Shown here: positions 8,741 to 17,280 of the stretch, in pieces
Layout: the number at the start of each line of letters is the position of its first letter
Numbering within the stretch: position 1 is the first letter of the stretch
Assembly: GCA_030524555.1 (NCBI GenBank)
Contig: JAUNGK010000002.1
Span: forward strand, 3,909-67,908
Length of the DNA: 64,000 nt
Source: Bacillota bacterium
GTDB taxonomy: Bacteria > Bacillota > Clostridia > Lachnospirales > Lachnospiraceae
Direction of reading: 5' to 3'
Program-made: the position numbers and the translations under genes
Notes under the pieces: model-generated
Seen by the model: only the letters and a program-made list of their open reading frames with translations
Told to the model about the DNA's origin: nothing
Databases searched by the model: none

Positions 8741-10510
8741 ATGAAAAATTATCCTGTTATAGGTATCAGACCTATTGTAGATTCCAGAAGAATGGGTATT
8801 CGTGACGCTCTTGAGGGCAAGGTTGCCCAGATGGCACAGAGCGCTAAAAGACTGATCGAGGAGCATGTATTTTATGCGGACGGAACGCCGGTTAAGGTGG
8901 TGGTCTTTCCGGGAAGCATTGCAGGCGGAGAGGAAGCGGCCAGATGTGCGGCATATTTTGAGGAGAGGAATGTGGTGGCAACCCTGAGCGTTACGCCGAG
9001 CTGGTGTTATCCTCTTGAGACCATTGATTTAAGCCCTCTTACCATTAAAGCAATCTGGGGCTTCAACGGTACGGAGAGACCGGGAGCGGTGTATCTGGCT
9101 TCTGCATTGGCGGCTCACAATCAGATGAACAGACCCTGCTATTCCATTTACGGAAGAGATGTACAGGATATGGAGGATGAGACTATTCCGGCAGATGTGC
9201 AGGAAAAAATTCTGCGCTTTGCCAGATGTGCTATCGTGGTAGGTCAGATGCGTAACAGAGCTTATGTAGGCTTTGGAGCGGTATCTATGGGAATCATGGG
9301 TTCCTTCCTTGATCCGCTGTTTTATGTCCAGTATCTTGGCATGCGCCCTGAGTGGGTTGATATGACAGAGATACTGCGGAGAATGGATCAGGGAATTTAT
9401 GATGAAGAGGAGTTTCAAAGGGGGCTTAAATGGGTGAAGGAAAAATGCCCCGAAGGGATCGATCCTAATCCGGCATCCCGTGCACATACCAGAGAGCAGA
9501 AGGATCAGGAGTGGGAGTTTGTTGTGAAAATGACCATAATCATCAAGGACATTATGCAGGGAAATGAAAAACTGGCAGAGAAAGGCTTTGCGGAGGAGGC
9601 TCTGGGAAGAAATGCTATATTTGGCGGTTTTCAGGGACAGCGTATGTGGACCGACTATAAACCCAATGCGGATTTTACGGAAGCAATTCTTAATTCCACC
9701 TTTGATTGGAACGGAAAGAGAGCTCCTTATGTGTTCGCAACGGAAAACGATAACCTGAACGGTCTTGCAATGCTTTTCGGAAATCTCCTTACAGGAAAGG
9801 CCAGTGGATTTTCAGATGTAAGATGCTACTGGAGTCCGGAAGCGGTTTACAGAGTTACGGGTTGGAAGCCGGAGGGAGAGGCAGCAGGTGGATTCATTCA
9901 TTTGATCAATTCCGGTTCCACCTGTCTGGATGCGGCAGGAAAGAGCCTGGATGAAAGCGGAAATCCTGTTATGAAGCCATGGTGGGAGATGACCGGTCAG
10001 GATATTGAAGCCTGTCTTGCTGCAACGGATTGGTGTCCTGCGGAGCTGTGTCAGTTCAGAGGCGGCGGATATTCCTCTCATTTCAGAACAGATGCGCAGA
10101 TGCCGCTCACTATGGTTAGGGTAAATCTGGTTGAGGGTATTGGACCGGTGCTTCAGATTGCGGAAGGCAGCAGTATTGTTCTTCCAAGGGAGGTTCATCA
10201 AAAGATTGATGAGAGAACCGATCCCACCTGGCCAACTACCTGGTTTGTGCCCAGAGTGACAGGTGAGGGCGCTTTCAGAGATGTATACAGTGTGATGGCA
10301 TCCTGGGGAGCAAATCACGGGGCCTTCATTCACGGTCATGTAGGTGCGGATTTAATTACGCTTGCCTCCATGCTTAGGATACCGGTTGCCATGCACAATG
10401 TGGAGGATAAAGAAATTTTCCGTCCTCATGTATGGGACAGCTTTGGAACGAAGGACAAGGAGGCGGCGGATTTTGCAGCATGTAAGGCATACGGCCCGTT
10501 ATACAGGTAA
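8741..10510 (+). CDS. fucI: L-fucose isomerase family aldose-ketose isomerase
   Basis: 589 aa, collinear with E. coli FucI as I recall it (IGIRP..D.RRMG.R, WGFNGTERPGAVYLA, ATENDNLNG, FSDVRCYW, GANHG...GHVGAD, YGPLY). The catalytic Glu, Asp and His positions appear retained. Confidence 0.9.
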   Translation: MKNYPVIGIRPIVDSRRMGIRDALEGKVAQMAQSAKRLIEEHVFYADGTPVKVVVFPGSIAGGEEAARCAAYFEERNVVATLSVTPSWCYPLETIDLSPLTIKAIWGFNGTERPGAVYLASALAAHNQMNRPCYSIYGRDVQDMEDETIPADVQEKILRFARCAIVVGQMRNRAYVGFGAVSMGIMGSFLDPLFYVQYLGMRPEWVDMTEILRRMDQGIYDEEEFQRGLKWVKEKCPEGIDPNPASRAHTREQKDQEWEFVVKMTIIIKDIMQGNEKLAEKGFAEEALGRNAIFGGFQGQRMWTDYKPNADFTEAILNSTFDWNGKRAPYVFATENDNLNGLAMLFGNLLTGKASGFSDVRCYWSPEAVYRVTGWKPEGEAAGGFIHLINSGSTCLDAAGKSLDESGNPVMKPWWEMTGQDIEACLAATDWCPAELCQFRGGGYSSHFRTDAQMPLTMVRVNLVEGIGPVLQIAEGSSIVLPREVHQKIDERTDPTWPTTWFVPRVTGEGAFRDVYSVMASWGANHGAFIHGHVGADLITLASMLRIPVAMHNVEDKEIFRPHVWDSFGTKDKEAADFAACKAYGPLYR

Positions 10511-10519
10511 TAAATAGGA

Positions 10520-10546
10520 AAAGGGAATGGCTTGCCATTCCTTTTT
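10520..10546 (+). terminator. Rho-independent terminator after fucI
   Basis: Stem GGAATGG/CCATTCC (10524-10530 / 10535-10541) with loop CTTG. It is extended by A-U pairs and followed by TTTTT. Confidence 0.7.
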
Positions 10547-10685
10547 ATAATAGCAAAACAGAATAGATTTATAATATTTTTAGATATTATAAGCAATATG
10601 AAATTAATCTTCTTCATGCTATATTGGCATTAAAGGTATACTCTTAACGAACATGGAATGACAACTAAGAAAGAGAGGGACAAGC

Positions 10686-13190
10686 ATGAAACAGATATCG
10701 GATCAGACCACAGGGCAAAAGCAGGGGTTTAAACTGGATATTTCATCCGGATATTTTAAAAATGGCGGCGTGGACGTGATGGCATTTGATGATATCTATC
10801 CGGCAGGACATCAATCGGGAGTCAGTATTATTATGCATGGAAACCGTGTGGCAACTAACGGTGATATTCGTTTTGAACCGACACCGGGACAATGGCAGCC
10901 GGTTCCAAAGCAAGAGGAACGTTATATCAATGAAGAGGAAAATACAATTATTGCCAATTTAAGTTATCCCGATCCGGATGGTCATTTAAAGGGCTTTAAT
11001 CCCATGATTTACCCGGATTTTCAGTTCCGTTATCAGGTAACTGTGAAAGGGGAGGGAGAAGCTGTTATTGTGACAGCGGATTTGGACAGACCGATTCCAA
11101 AGGAATATGAAGGAAAGCTGTGCTTTAATCTGGAACTGTTTCCGGGCAGTTTGTTTGGGAAACCGTGGATTATGGATGATAAGCAGGGGATTTTTCCCAG
11201 GCAGCCCAACGGACCGACGCAGAAGATGTCCTCTAATTTTGAACGGTCCGGAAGCTTTGAGGGAGTAGAGGAAAAGGCGGATAAGCAGCATCTTTCCGGC
11301 GGCAATAAGGGATACAGTCCTATTGTGGCGGATGATATTGTGGCGAAGCCTTATGCGGTGGGAAAGCGTTTGGTGGTAAGACCGGAAGATCCCTACAACC
11401 GCATTACCATTGAAAGTAAAACGGCACCGCTAAAGCTGTATGACGGACGTATGAACCATAATAACGGCTGGTTTGTGGTAAGCAGTGAGGTGCCGGCAGG
11501 GGCAACGAAGCAGGCAGTCTGTTGGGTGATTACACCTAATGTAGTAAAGGACTGGCTGTATCAACCGGTAGTGCAGGTTTCACAGGTGGGTTACCATCCG
11601 GCTCAGCCTAAAATGGCAGTTATTGAGCTGGACCAAAGAGACAGGGAGAGGCATGAGGCGGTTCTTTATCAGATAACGGAAAATGGTGCGGTGCAGATTG
11701 CATCAGCCAAAGCGCAGGAATGGGGAAGCTTTTTGCGTTATCAATATTTAATATTTGATTTTTCATCTGTTCAGGATGAAGGGCTGTATCAGGTACGATA
11801 CGGGGCGTCTGAATCCGCAATATTCAGGATTGCCGGGGATATTTATGACAGGGGCGTATGGCAGCCGGTGCTGGAATATTTTCTTCCGGTGCAAATGTGT
11901 CATATGCGAGTAAATGAAAAGTACCGGGTATGGCATGGCCTGTGCCACAATGATGATGCGCGCATGGCGCCGGTAAACCATATTCATTTTGACGGTTATG
12001 CTCAGGGACCGTCTACACTGACAAAGTATCAGCCGGGTGAAACGGTGCCGGGGCTTAATGTAGGAGGCTGGCATGATGCCGGTGATTTTGATCTGCGCGT
12101 GGAGTCGCAGGCGGGTGAAGCATATATTCTGGCGGCAGCGTATGAAGAATTTCAGGTGAATTATGATGCAACAACCGTTGATCAACAAAATAAAGTTGTT
12201 GAAATTCATCAGCCTGATGGCAAAAATGATATTTTACAGCAGATTGAACATGGAATCTTGACGGTAGTGGCTGGTTACCGTGCATTGGGAAGGCTGTACA
12301 GGGGCATTATTGCCAATGATCTGCGCCAATATGTACTTATGGGAGACAGTGCGGCTATGACTGCCGGAATAATCGGTGACGAGGATGATCGATGGGTGTT
12401 TACCGAGGATAATCCCGAAAGAGAGCTGATGACCGCTTCACAGCTTGCCGGTTCGGCGCGGGCGCTGCGGGGCTTTAATGATACATTAAGTGATCAGGCT
12501 CTTGAGGCTGCAGTAAAGCTTTATGATGATACAAAAGTAAGCAAAGACGCCGTCAGGGAAGCAAAGGTACATGCCGCAGTAGAATTGTATCTGACTACTC
12601 ATGAGCAGAAATATAAGGATTTCCTGCTGGCCGAAACGGAGTTTATTGTTCAGCATATTAAAAAGCTGGGATGGATTATTGCCCGTGTGGATGCTGCTTT
12701 GGAAAGCGAGGAGTTTACAAAGGCTATTCGCACAGGATTATGGTCTCTGGAAGAGGAGAGTGCAAAATTATGCAAGGAGACACCCTATGGAATTCCCTAT
12801 CGTCCGTATATCTGGGGAGCGGGGTGGAATATCCAGATGCTGGGATTTAGACATTACTTTTTGCATAAGGCTTATCCTGACATTTTCGGCCCTGAACTGA
12901 TTTATCATGCGTTAGATTTTGTATTAGGATGCCATCCCGGCTCCAATACCGCATCCTTTGCATCAGGTGTAGGCGCTAAATCCACCACGATTGCTTATGG
13001 GCTTAATCGTGCCGATTGGTCTTATGTTCCGGGCGGAGTAGTTTCGGGAACGGCACTGATCAGGCCGGATTTTCCGGAACTTCTGGATTTTCCTTTCCTG
13101 TGGCAGCAGAAGGAATATGTGCTGGGTGGAGGCTCGTCCAATTATATGTTTTTGGTGCTGGCTGCCGGGCATATGCTTAAGGAAGATTAA
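10686..13190 (+). CDS. Glycoside hydrolase family 9 protein with an unknown N-terminal domain of about 290 aa; cytoplasmic
   Basis: 834 aa with no signal peptide. An Ig-like CelD_N-type segment (VSQVGYHP...LYQVRYG) precedes a GH9 core that has an intact GGWHDAGDFD motif. Confidence 0.75.
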   Translation: MKQISDQTTGQKQGFKLDISSGYFKNGGVDVMAFDDIYPAGHQSGVSIIMHGNRVATNGDIRFEPTPGQWQPVPKQEERYINEEENTIIANLSYPDPDGHLKGFNPMIYPDFQFRYQVTVKGEGEAVIVTADLDRPIPKEYEGKLCFNLELFPGSLFGKPWIMDDKQGIFPRQPNGPTQKMSSNFERSGSFEGVEEKADKQHLSGGNKGYSPIVADDIVAKPYAVGKRLVVRPEDPYNRITIESKTAPLKLYDGRMNHNNGWFVVSSEVPAGATKQAVCWVITPNVVKDWLYQPVVQVSQVGYHPAQPKMAVIELDQRDRERHEAVLYQITENGAVQIASAKAQEWGSFLRYQYLIFDFSSVQDEGLYQVRYGASESAIFRIAGDIYDRGVWQPVLEYFLPVQMCHMRVNEKYRVWHGLCHNDDARMAPVNHIHFDGYAQGPSTLTKYQPGETVPGLNVGGWHDAGDFDLRVESQAGEAYILAAAYEEFQVNYDATTVDQQNKVVEIHQPDGKNDILQQIEHGILTVVAGYRALGRLYRGIIANDLRQYVLMGDSAAMTAGIIGDEDDRWVFTEDNPERELMTASQLAGSARALRGFNDTLSDQALEAAVKLYDDTKVSKDAVREAKVHAAVELYLTTHEQKYKDFLLAETEFIVQHIKKLGWIIARVDAALESEEFTKAIRTGLWSLEEESAKLCKETPYGIPYRPYIWGAGWNIQMLGFRHYFLHKAYPDIFGPELIYHALDFVLGCHPGSNTASFASGVGAKSTTIAYGLNRADWSYVPGGVVSGTALIRPDFPELLDFPFLWQQKEYVLGGGSSNYMFLVLAAGHMLKED

Positions 13191-13241
13191 AATTTTAAAA
13201 ATTCATAATTGACAGCAGGCAGAAAGTAATATGTAATTTTT

Positions 13242-13270
13242 GTATAAATCCCCAATTCTTACAGATACTA
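13242..13270 (+). promoter_or_regulatory. Forespore sigma-G/F-like promoter candidate upstream of spoVT
   Basis: GTATA (13242-13246), 17 nt, then GATACTA (13264-13270). This resembles the recalled consensus GHATR-N17/18-CATNHTA. The match is weak and rests only on position upstream of a known sigma-G regulon gene. Confidence 0.3.
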
Positions 13271-13313
13271 ACAGCACAGAAAATTTGTAGGAAATTGGAG
13301 GAAGCAGAAAATT

Positions 13314-13859
13314 ATGAAGGCAACGGGCATTGTGCGTAGAATAGACGATCTGGGGCGTATAGTAATACCGAAGGAGATCAGAAGGACTCTCCGAATAAGA
13401 GAAAGTGACCCGCTGGAGATTTATACCGACAGAGAGGGAGAAATTATTTTAAAGAAGTATTCACCTATCGGCGAGATGACCACTTTTGCCAGACAGTATG
13501 CGGAAAGTCTGGCGCAGGCATCGGGAAGGACAGCGCTTATTGCGGACAGGGATCAATTTATAGCAGTTTCAGGAGGATATAAGGGCCTTTTGGGAAAGTC
13601 TCTCAGCAAAGAGCTGGAGGAAAAGCTGGGAAAGCGGGAGATGGTCATTGCTTCAAGAGGAGGGAACAATTTTATTCCGATTACGCAGGAGGGCAATGAT
13701 GAGTTTGAGCAGGAGGCAATTTATCCGATTATCTGTGAAGGAGATATGATCGGAGGAGTGGTTCTCATTGATAACGGAGAAAACGGAGAAATGGGAGAGG
13801 TGGAGCAGAAGCTGATACAGTCGGCAGCAGGCTTCCTGGGAAGACAGATGGAGCAATAA
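13314..13859 (+). CDS. spoVT: Stage V sporulation protein T (AbrB-type N-terminus plus GAF-like C-terminus)
   Basis: 181 aa. The N-terminus MKATGIVRRIDDLGRIVIPKEIRRTLRI is the SpoVT/AbrB swapped-hairpin motif, and the length fits SpoVT. Confidence 0.9.
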   Translation: MKATGIVRRIDDLGRIVIPKEIRRTLRIRESDPLEIYTDREGEIILKKYSPIGEMTTFARQYAESLAQASGRTALIADRDQFIAVSGGYKGLLGKSLSKELEEKLGKREMVIASRGGNNFIPITQEGNDEFEQEAIYPIICEGDMIGGVVLIDNGENGEMGEVEQKLIQSAAGFLGRQMEQ

Positions 13860-13864
13860 AAGCA

Positions 13865-13896
13865 AAAAGCCGATACCTTACAGGTTATCGGCTTTT
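13865..13896. terminator. Bidirectional terminator hairpin between convergent spoVT and the C39-like gene
   Basis: AAAAGCCGATA (13865-13875) pairs with TATCGGCTTTT (13886-13896) around a 10-nt loop. A and T runs lie on both sides. Confidence 0.7.
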
Positions 13897-14498
13897 GAAG
13901 CTGTATTATACATAATTAATGCCTGCCTAAAGGAGAAATCTCCCATTTCATAGTAGTCCGTGGATGTACGGTTTAGCCTGCTGATGCTGACAGAGCGGTT
14001 AGCCTTTTTGGGACTGTCGTAAAGAAATTTAATCTCATCAGTGAAATATTCTTCATCTAATTCAGGGTCGTCCTCCTCCTCATAAAAGGGATCAAAAATT
14101 AAGGCTCTGTCCTTTTCAATTCCGGTAAGAAGTACATAATGTGCAACCTCGAGGAAAACGTGGATGACGGCAACACCACCCTTTTCAATGGCGTTGTTTA
14201 ACCGGCTTCCCGGTTCAAGGACAACCTCTTTGCCGGTAATAAACTCGCAGGAAATGGGGAAATTTCGAACCTCTCCGAAGTGGTTCATCCAGCAGGTCAT
14301 GTAGCTCATGGCTGCAGTGGAGGTCCCGCGCTTGCAGAGTTCGCCGGCTTCATTATAAGTATCCATGCAATAAAGCATAATGAATTTAACCAGATCGGGA
14401 AGAATCTCTTCACGCTCAAAAAGATAGCGTATTCCGTTCAACAGGCTGACAGGACCACAGTCATATTCAGATGTCTGATAGTTCAACAAATTTTTCAT
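13878..14498 (-). CDS. Stand-alone peptidase C39-like (papain-fold cysteine peptidase) protein
   Basis: 206 aa. The N-terminal Q-x5-DCGP arrangement (YQTSEYDCGPVSL) matches the C39 oxyanion Gln and nucleophile Cys, and there is a later His (EVAHYVLL). It has no ABC-transporter fusion and no signal peptide. Confidence 0.55.
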   Translation of the reverse strand: MKNLLNYQTSEYDCGPVSLLNGIRYLFEREEILPDLVKFIMLYCMDTYNEAGELCKRGTSTAAMSYMTCWMNHFGEVRNFPISCEFITGKEVVLEPGSRLNNAIEKGGVAVIHVFLEVAHYVLLTGIEKDRALIFDPFYEEEDDPELDEEYFTDEIKFLYDSPKKANRSVSISRLNRTSTDYYEMGDFSFRQALIMYNTASKADNL

Positions 14499-14720
14499 AG
14501 CTTTTCAACCTTATCCCCGACAATTTATGTACTTTCTACATCAAAAGTGATTGTAATATACAGCGGTTTTGGGTATTTGTCAATACTCCAAAGTTTGGGT
14601 ACTGCAGCATTTTGACTATAGGCTTAGCCTATTATCAGCGGCAAATTTTTGATATTAACATATTCTGCGTAATCTTGCTATACTTAAGATCAGTTAAGGC
14701 ATGGAAGGAGAGAAAATTTT

Positions 14721-15869
14721 ATGGAATATCAGGCAGCAACCAAATGTCTTCATCTGAAAGAAAGAGAAAATGTTGAGAAAGCCTTTGGAGCAATAAGCTT
14801 TCCTATTTATCAGACGGCTACCTTCGCACATAGGGGAGTGGGTGAGAGTACGGGATATGACTATTCGAGACTGAAAAACCCCACAAGGGATCAGCTTGAA
14901 AGGACGGTAGCGGCTTTGGAAAAGGGAACGGATGCCATAGGATTTTCCAGTGGAATGGCGGCTATAGGTGCGGTAATGGAGCTGTTTCATCCGGGAGATC
15001 ATGTGATTATAGATGCGGACCTTTATGGCGGAAGCGTAAGATTATTTAAAAATATTAATGTGAAGAATGGTATATCCTTTACCAGAATAGATTTAAGCAG
15101 GCAGGATGTCAGTGATTATATTACAGACAAAACCAGGGCGGTATTTCTTGAGACACCTACCAATCCTATGATGCATGTGACGGATATTCAAAAGCTGGCG
15201 GAGATTACAAGAAATAAGGGGATTTTACTTATTGTGGATAATACCTTTCTCTCTCCTTATTTTCAAAATCCTCTTGAACTTGGGGCAGATATTGTTGTTC
15301 ACAGCGGTACTAAATATTTGAACGGTCACAATGATGCCATTGCCGGGTTTACGGTGGTAAGAGATGAAGAGCTTAAGGAAAGGCTGCGTTTTGTTTATAA
15401 GACCACAGGAGCCTGTCTGGCACCCTTTGACAGCTGGCTGATTCTTAGAGGCATTAAGACGCTGGCCCTTCGGGTAGAGAAGGCACAGGAAAATGCGTTT
15501 CGTATTGCTAAATGGCTAAAGGAACAAAAAAAGGTAACGAAGGTACTTTATCCGGGACTTGAAGAGCATCCGGGATATGAAATTATGAAAAAACAGTGCA
15601 GGGGCTTTGGTTCCATGCTTAGCTTTGAGGTTGAAAGTGAGGAGCTTGCAAAGTCCATTTTAAATAAGGTTAAGCTTATCCAATTTGCGGAAAGTCTGGG
15701 GGGAGTGGAAACGTTAATCACTTATCCTGCCATTCAGACCCATGCAGATGTACCAAAGGAAGAGCGGCTGGAAAATGGCATTACAAGCAGATTGCTCCGC
15801 ATGTCGGTGGGAATCGAGGATGCCGGTGATTTGATTATGGATCTGGAGCAGGCGTTTTATTCTGAATAA
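14721..15869 (+). CDS. Trans-sulfuration PLP enzyme (cystathionine gamma-synthase / gamma-lyase / beta-lyase family)
   Basis: 382 aa with Cys/Met-metabolism PLP family signatures (YSRLKNPTR, HSGTKYLNGHND with the PLP Lys, ESLGGVE). Confidence 0.85.
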   Translation: MEYQAATKCLHLKERENVEKAFGAISFPIYQTATFAHRGVGESTGYDYSRLKNPTRDQLERTVAALEKGTDAIGFSSGMAAIGAVMELFHPGDHVIIDADLYGGSVRLFKNINVKNGISFTRIDLSRQDVSDYITDKTRAVFLETPTNPMMHVTDIQKLAEITRNKGILLIVDNTFLSPYFQNPLELGADIVVHSGTKYLNGHNDAIAGFTVVRDEELKERLRFVYKTTGACLAPFDSWLILRGIKTLALRVEKAQENAFRIAKWLKEQKKVTKVLYPGLEEHPGYEIMKKQCRGFGSMLSFEVESEELAKSILNKVKLIQFAESLGGVETLITYPAIQTHADVPKEERLENGITSRLLRMSVGIEDAGDLIMDLEQAFYSE

Positions 15870-15947
15870 TTCAGATATATTGCATGGGTTATTGCGAAAC
15901 CGAAACAAAAGGCTGGAAGGATACGCAGCAAGAAAGGAATAAGAAAC

Positions 15948-17138
15948 ATGGCGGAAAGAAATCTTGATTTTGACAGGGTAATCGACAGAAGAAACACAAG
16001 CTGCCTAAAGTATGATTTTGCAGAAAAAAGAGGCATGCCAAAGGATATACTTCCCTTGTGGGTTGCGGATATGGATTTTCAAATTTCTTCTTATATTCAG
16101 GATGCGGTTACAAAGCAGGCTATACACGGAATTTACGGTTATAACGATGCGGCAGAGAGCTATTTTGAGGCCGTAAGCGGATGGATGAAAGAAAGGCATG
16201 ACTGGGAGGTGCGCCCGCAGTGGCTGGTTAAGACGCCGGGAGTGGTATTTGCTCTTGCAATGGCGGTGAAGGCATTTACTAATGCAGGAGATGGCGTTCT
16301 TATCCAAAAGCCGGTTTATTATCCCTTTGGAGAAGTGATACTGGATAATAAAAGAAAGCTTGTAGATAATACGCTGATTCTTGGGCAGGACGGCAGATAT
16401 CATATGGATGTTCAGGATTTCGAGGAGAAGATTGTCAGGGAAAATGTGAAGCTGTTTTTCTTATGCAATCCGCATAATCCGGTAGGCCGTGTGTGGAGCA
16501 GACAGGAGCTTGAGACAATTGGGGATATCTGCAGGAAGCATCAGGTAATTGTGGTCAGTGATGAGATACATTCGGACTTTGTATGGCAGGGAAGGCATCA
16601 GGTGTTTGCTGCACTAAAGGAGGAATATAGGGACATGACGATTACCTGTACGGCTCCCAGCAAGACCTTTAATATTGCCGGGCTGCAGGTATCCAATATT
16701 TTTATTCCCAATGCCGGATTAAGGCATCGCTTTAAGAAACAGGTAGCTGCCTGCGGGTATAGTCAGTTAAACGGAGTGGGGCTTTTGGCATGCGAGGCGG
16801 CATATCGGGATGGAAAGGAATGGTATCAGGGAGTATCCCGGTATATAAAAAGTAATATTGATTATCTGCAGGAATATCTGCTTAAGAATATTCCTGAGGT
16901 GAAAATGACGGCCCCGGAGGGAACCTATCTGGTGTGGCTGGATTTTCGAGGGCTTGGGTTAAACAGCGGTGAACTGGAAAATCTGGTAATTGAAAAGGCG
17001 GGTTTATGGCTGGATGACGGAACAATGTTTGGCGAATCGGGAAAGGGCTTTCAAAGAATCAATGCAGCGTGTCCAAGGAGCATACTGGATCAGGCGTTAC
17101 TGCAATTAGAATATGCGGTGCATGAGCACACAAGCTAA
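15948..17138 (+). CDS. MalY/PatB-type class-I/II aminotransferase-fold C-S lyase (cystathionine beta-lyase)
   Basis: 396 aa. The N-terminus FDRVIDRRNTSCLKYDF and the segments WVADMDF, CNPHNPVGRVW, SDEIHSDF and SKTFNIAGL (PLP Lys) are typical of PatB/MalY. Confidence 0.85.
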   Translation: MAERNLDFDRVIDRRNTSCLKYDFAEKRGMPKDILPLWVADMDFQISSYIQDAVTKQAIHGIYGYNDAAESYFEAVSGWMKERHDWEVRPQWLVKTPGVVFALAMAVKAFTNAGDGVLIQKPVYYPFGEVILDNKRKLVDNTLILGQDGRYHMDVQDFEEKIVRENVKLFFLCNPHNPVGRVWSRQELETIGDICRKHQVIVVSDEIHSDFVWQGRHQVFAALKEEYRDMTITCTAPSKTFNIAGLQVSNIFIPNAGLRHRFKKQVAACGYSQLNGVGLLACEAAYRDGKEWYQGVSRYIKSNIDYLQEYLLKNIPEVKMTAPEGTYLVWLDFRGLGLNSGELENLVIEKAGLWLDDGTMFGESGKGFQRINAACPRSILDQALLQLEYAVHEHTS

Positions 17139-17166
17139 TGAAAATAATTAAAAAATAAAAAAGTAT

Positions 17167-17195
17167 TTGACATATGATAAAGTCAGCTTTATAAT
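17167..17195 (+). promoter_or_regulatory. Consensus sigma-A promoter for cysK (TTGACA-17 nt-TATAAT)
   Basis: Perfect -35 TTGACA at 17167-17172, an exact 17-nt spacer and perfect -10 TATAAT at 17190-17195. Confidence 0.75.
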
Positions 17196-17280
17196 AATCA
17201 CATACAATTCCTATATACATACTGGGAAATGAAAAGAACGAAAATATATTATGAATTAAAAAGAATGAGGAGGAAGAATT

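Noticed and set aside
14499-14720. Search for an S-box (SAM), T-box or other riboswitch upstream of the trans-sulfuration operon
   Set aside because: I could not find the conserved S-box core, the T-box GGTGGTACCGCG-like element or a terminator/antiterminator pair. Only the palindromes reported separately were seen.
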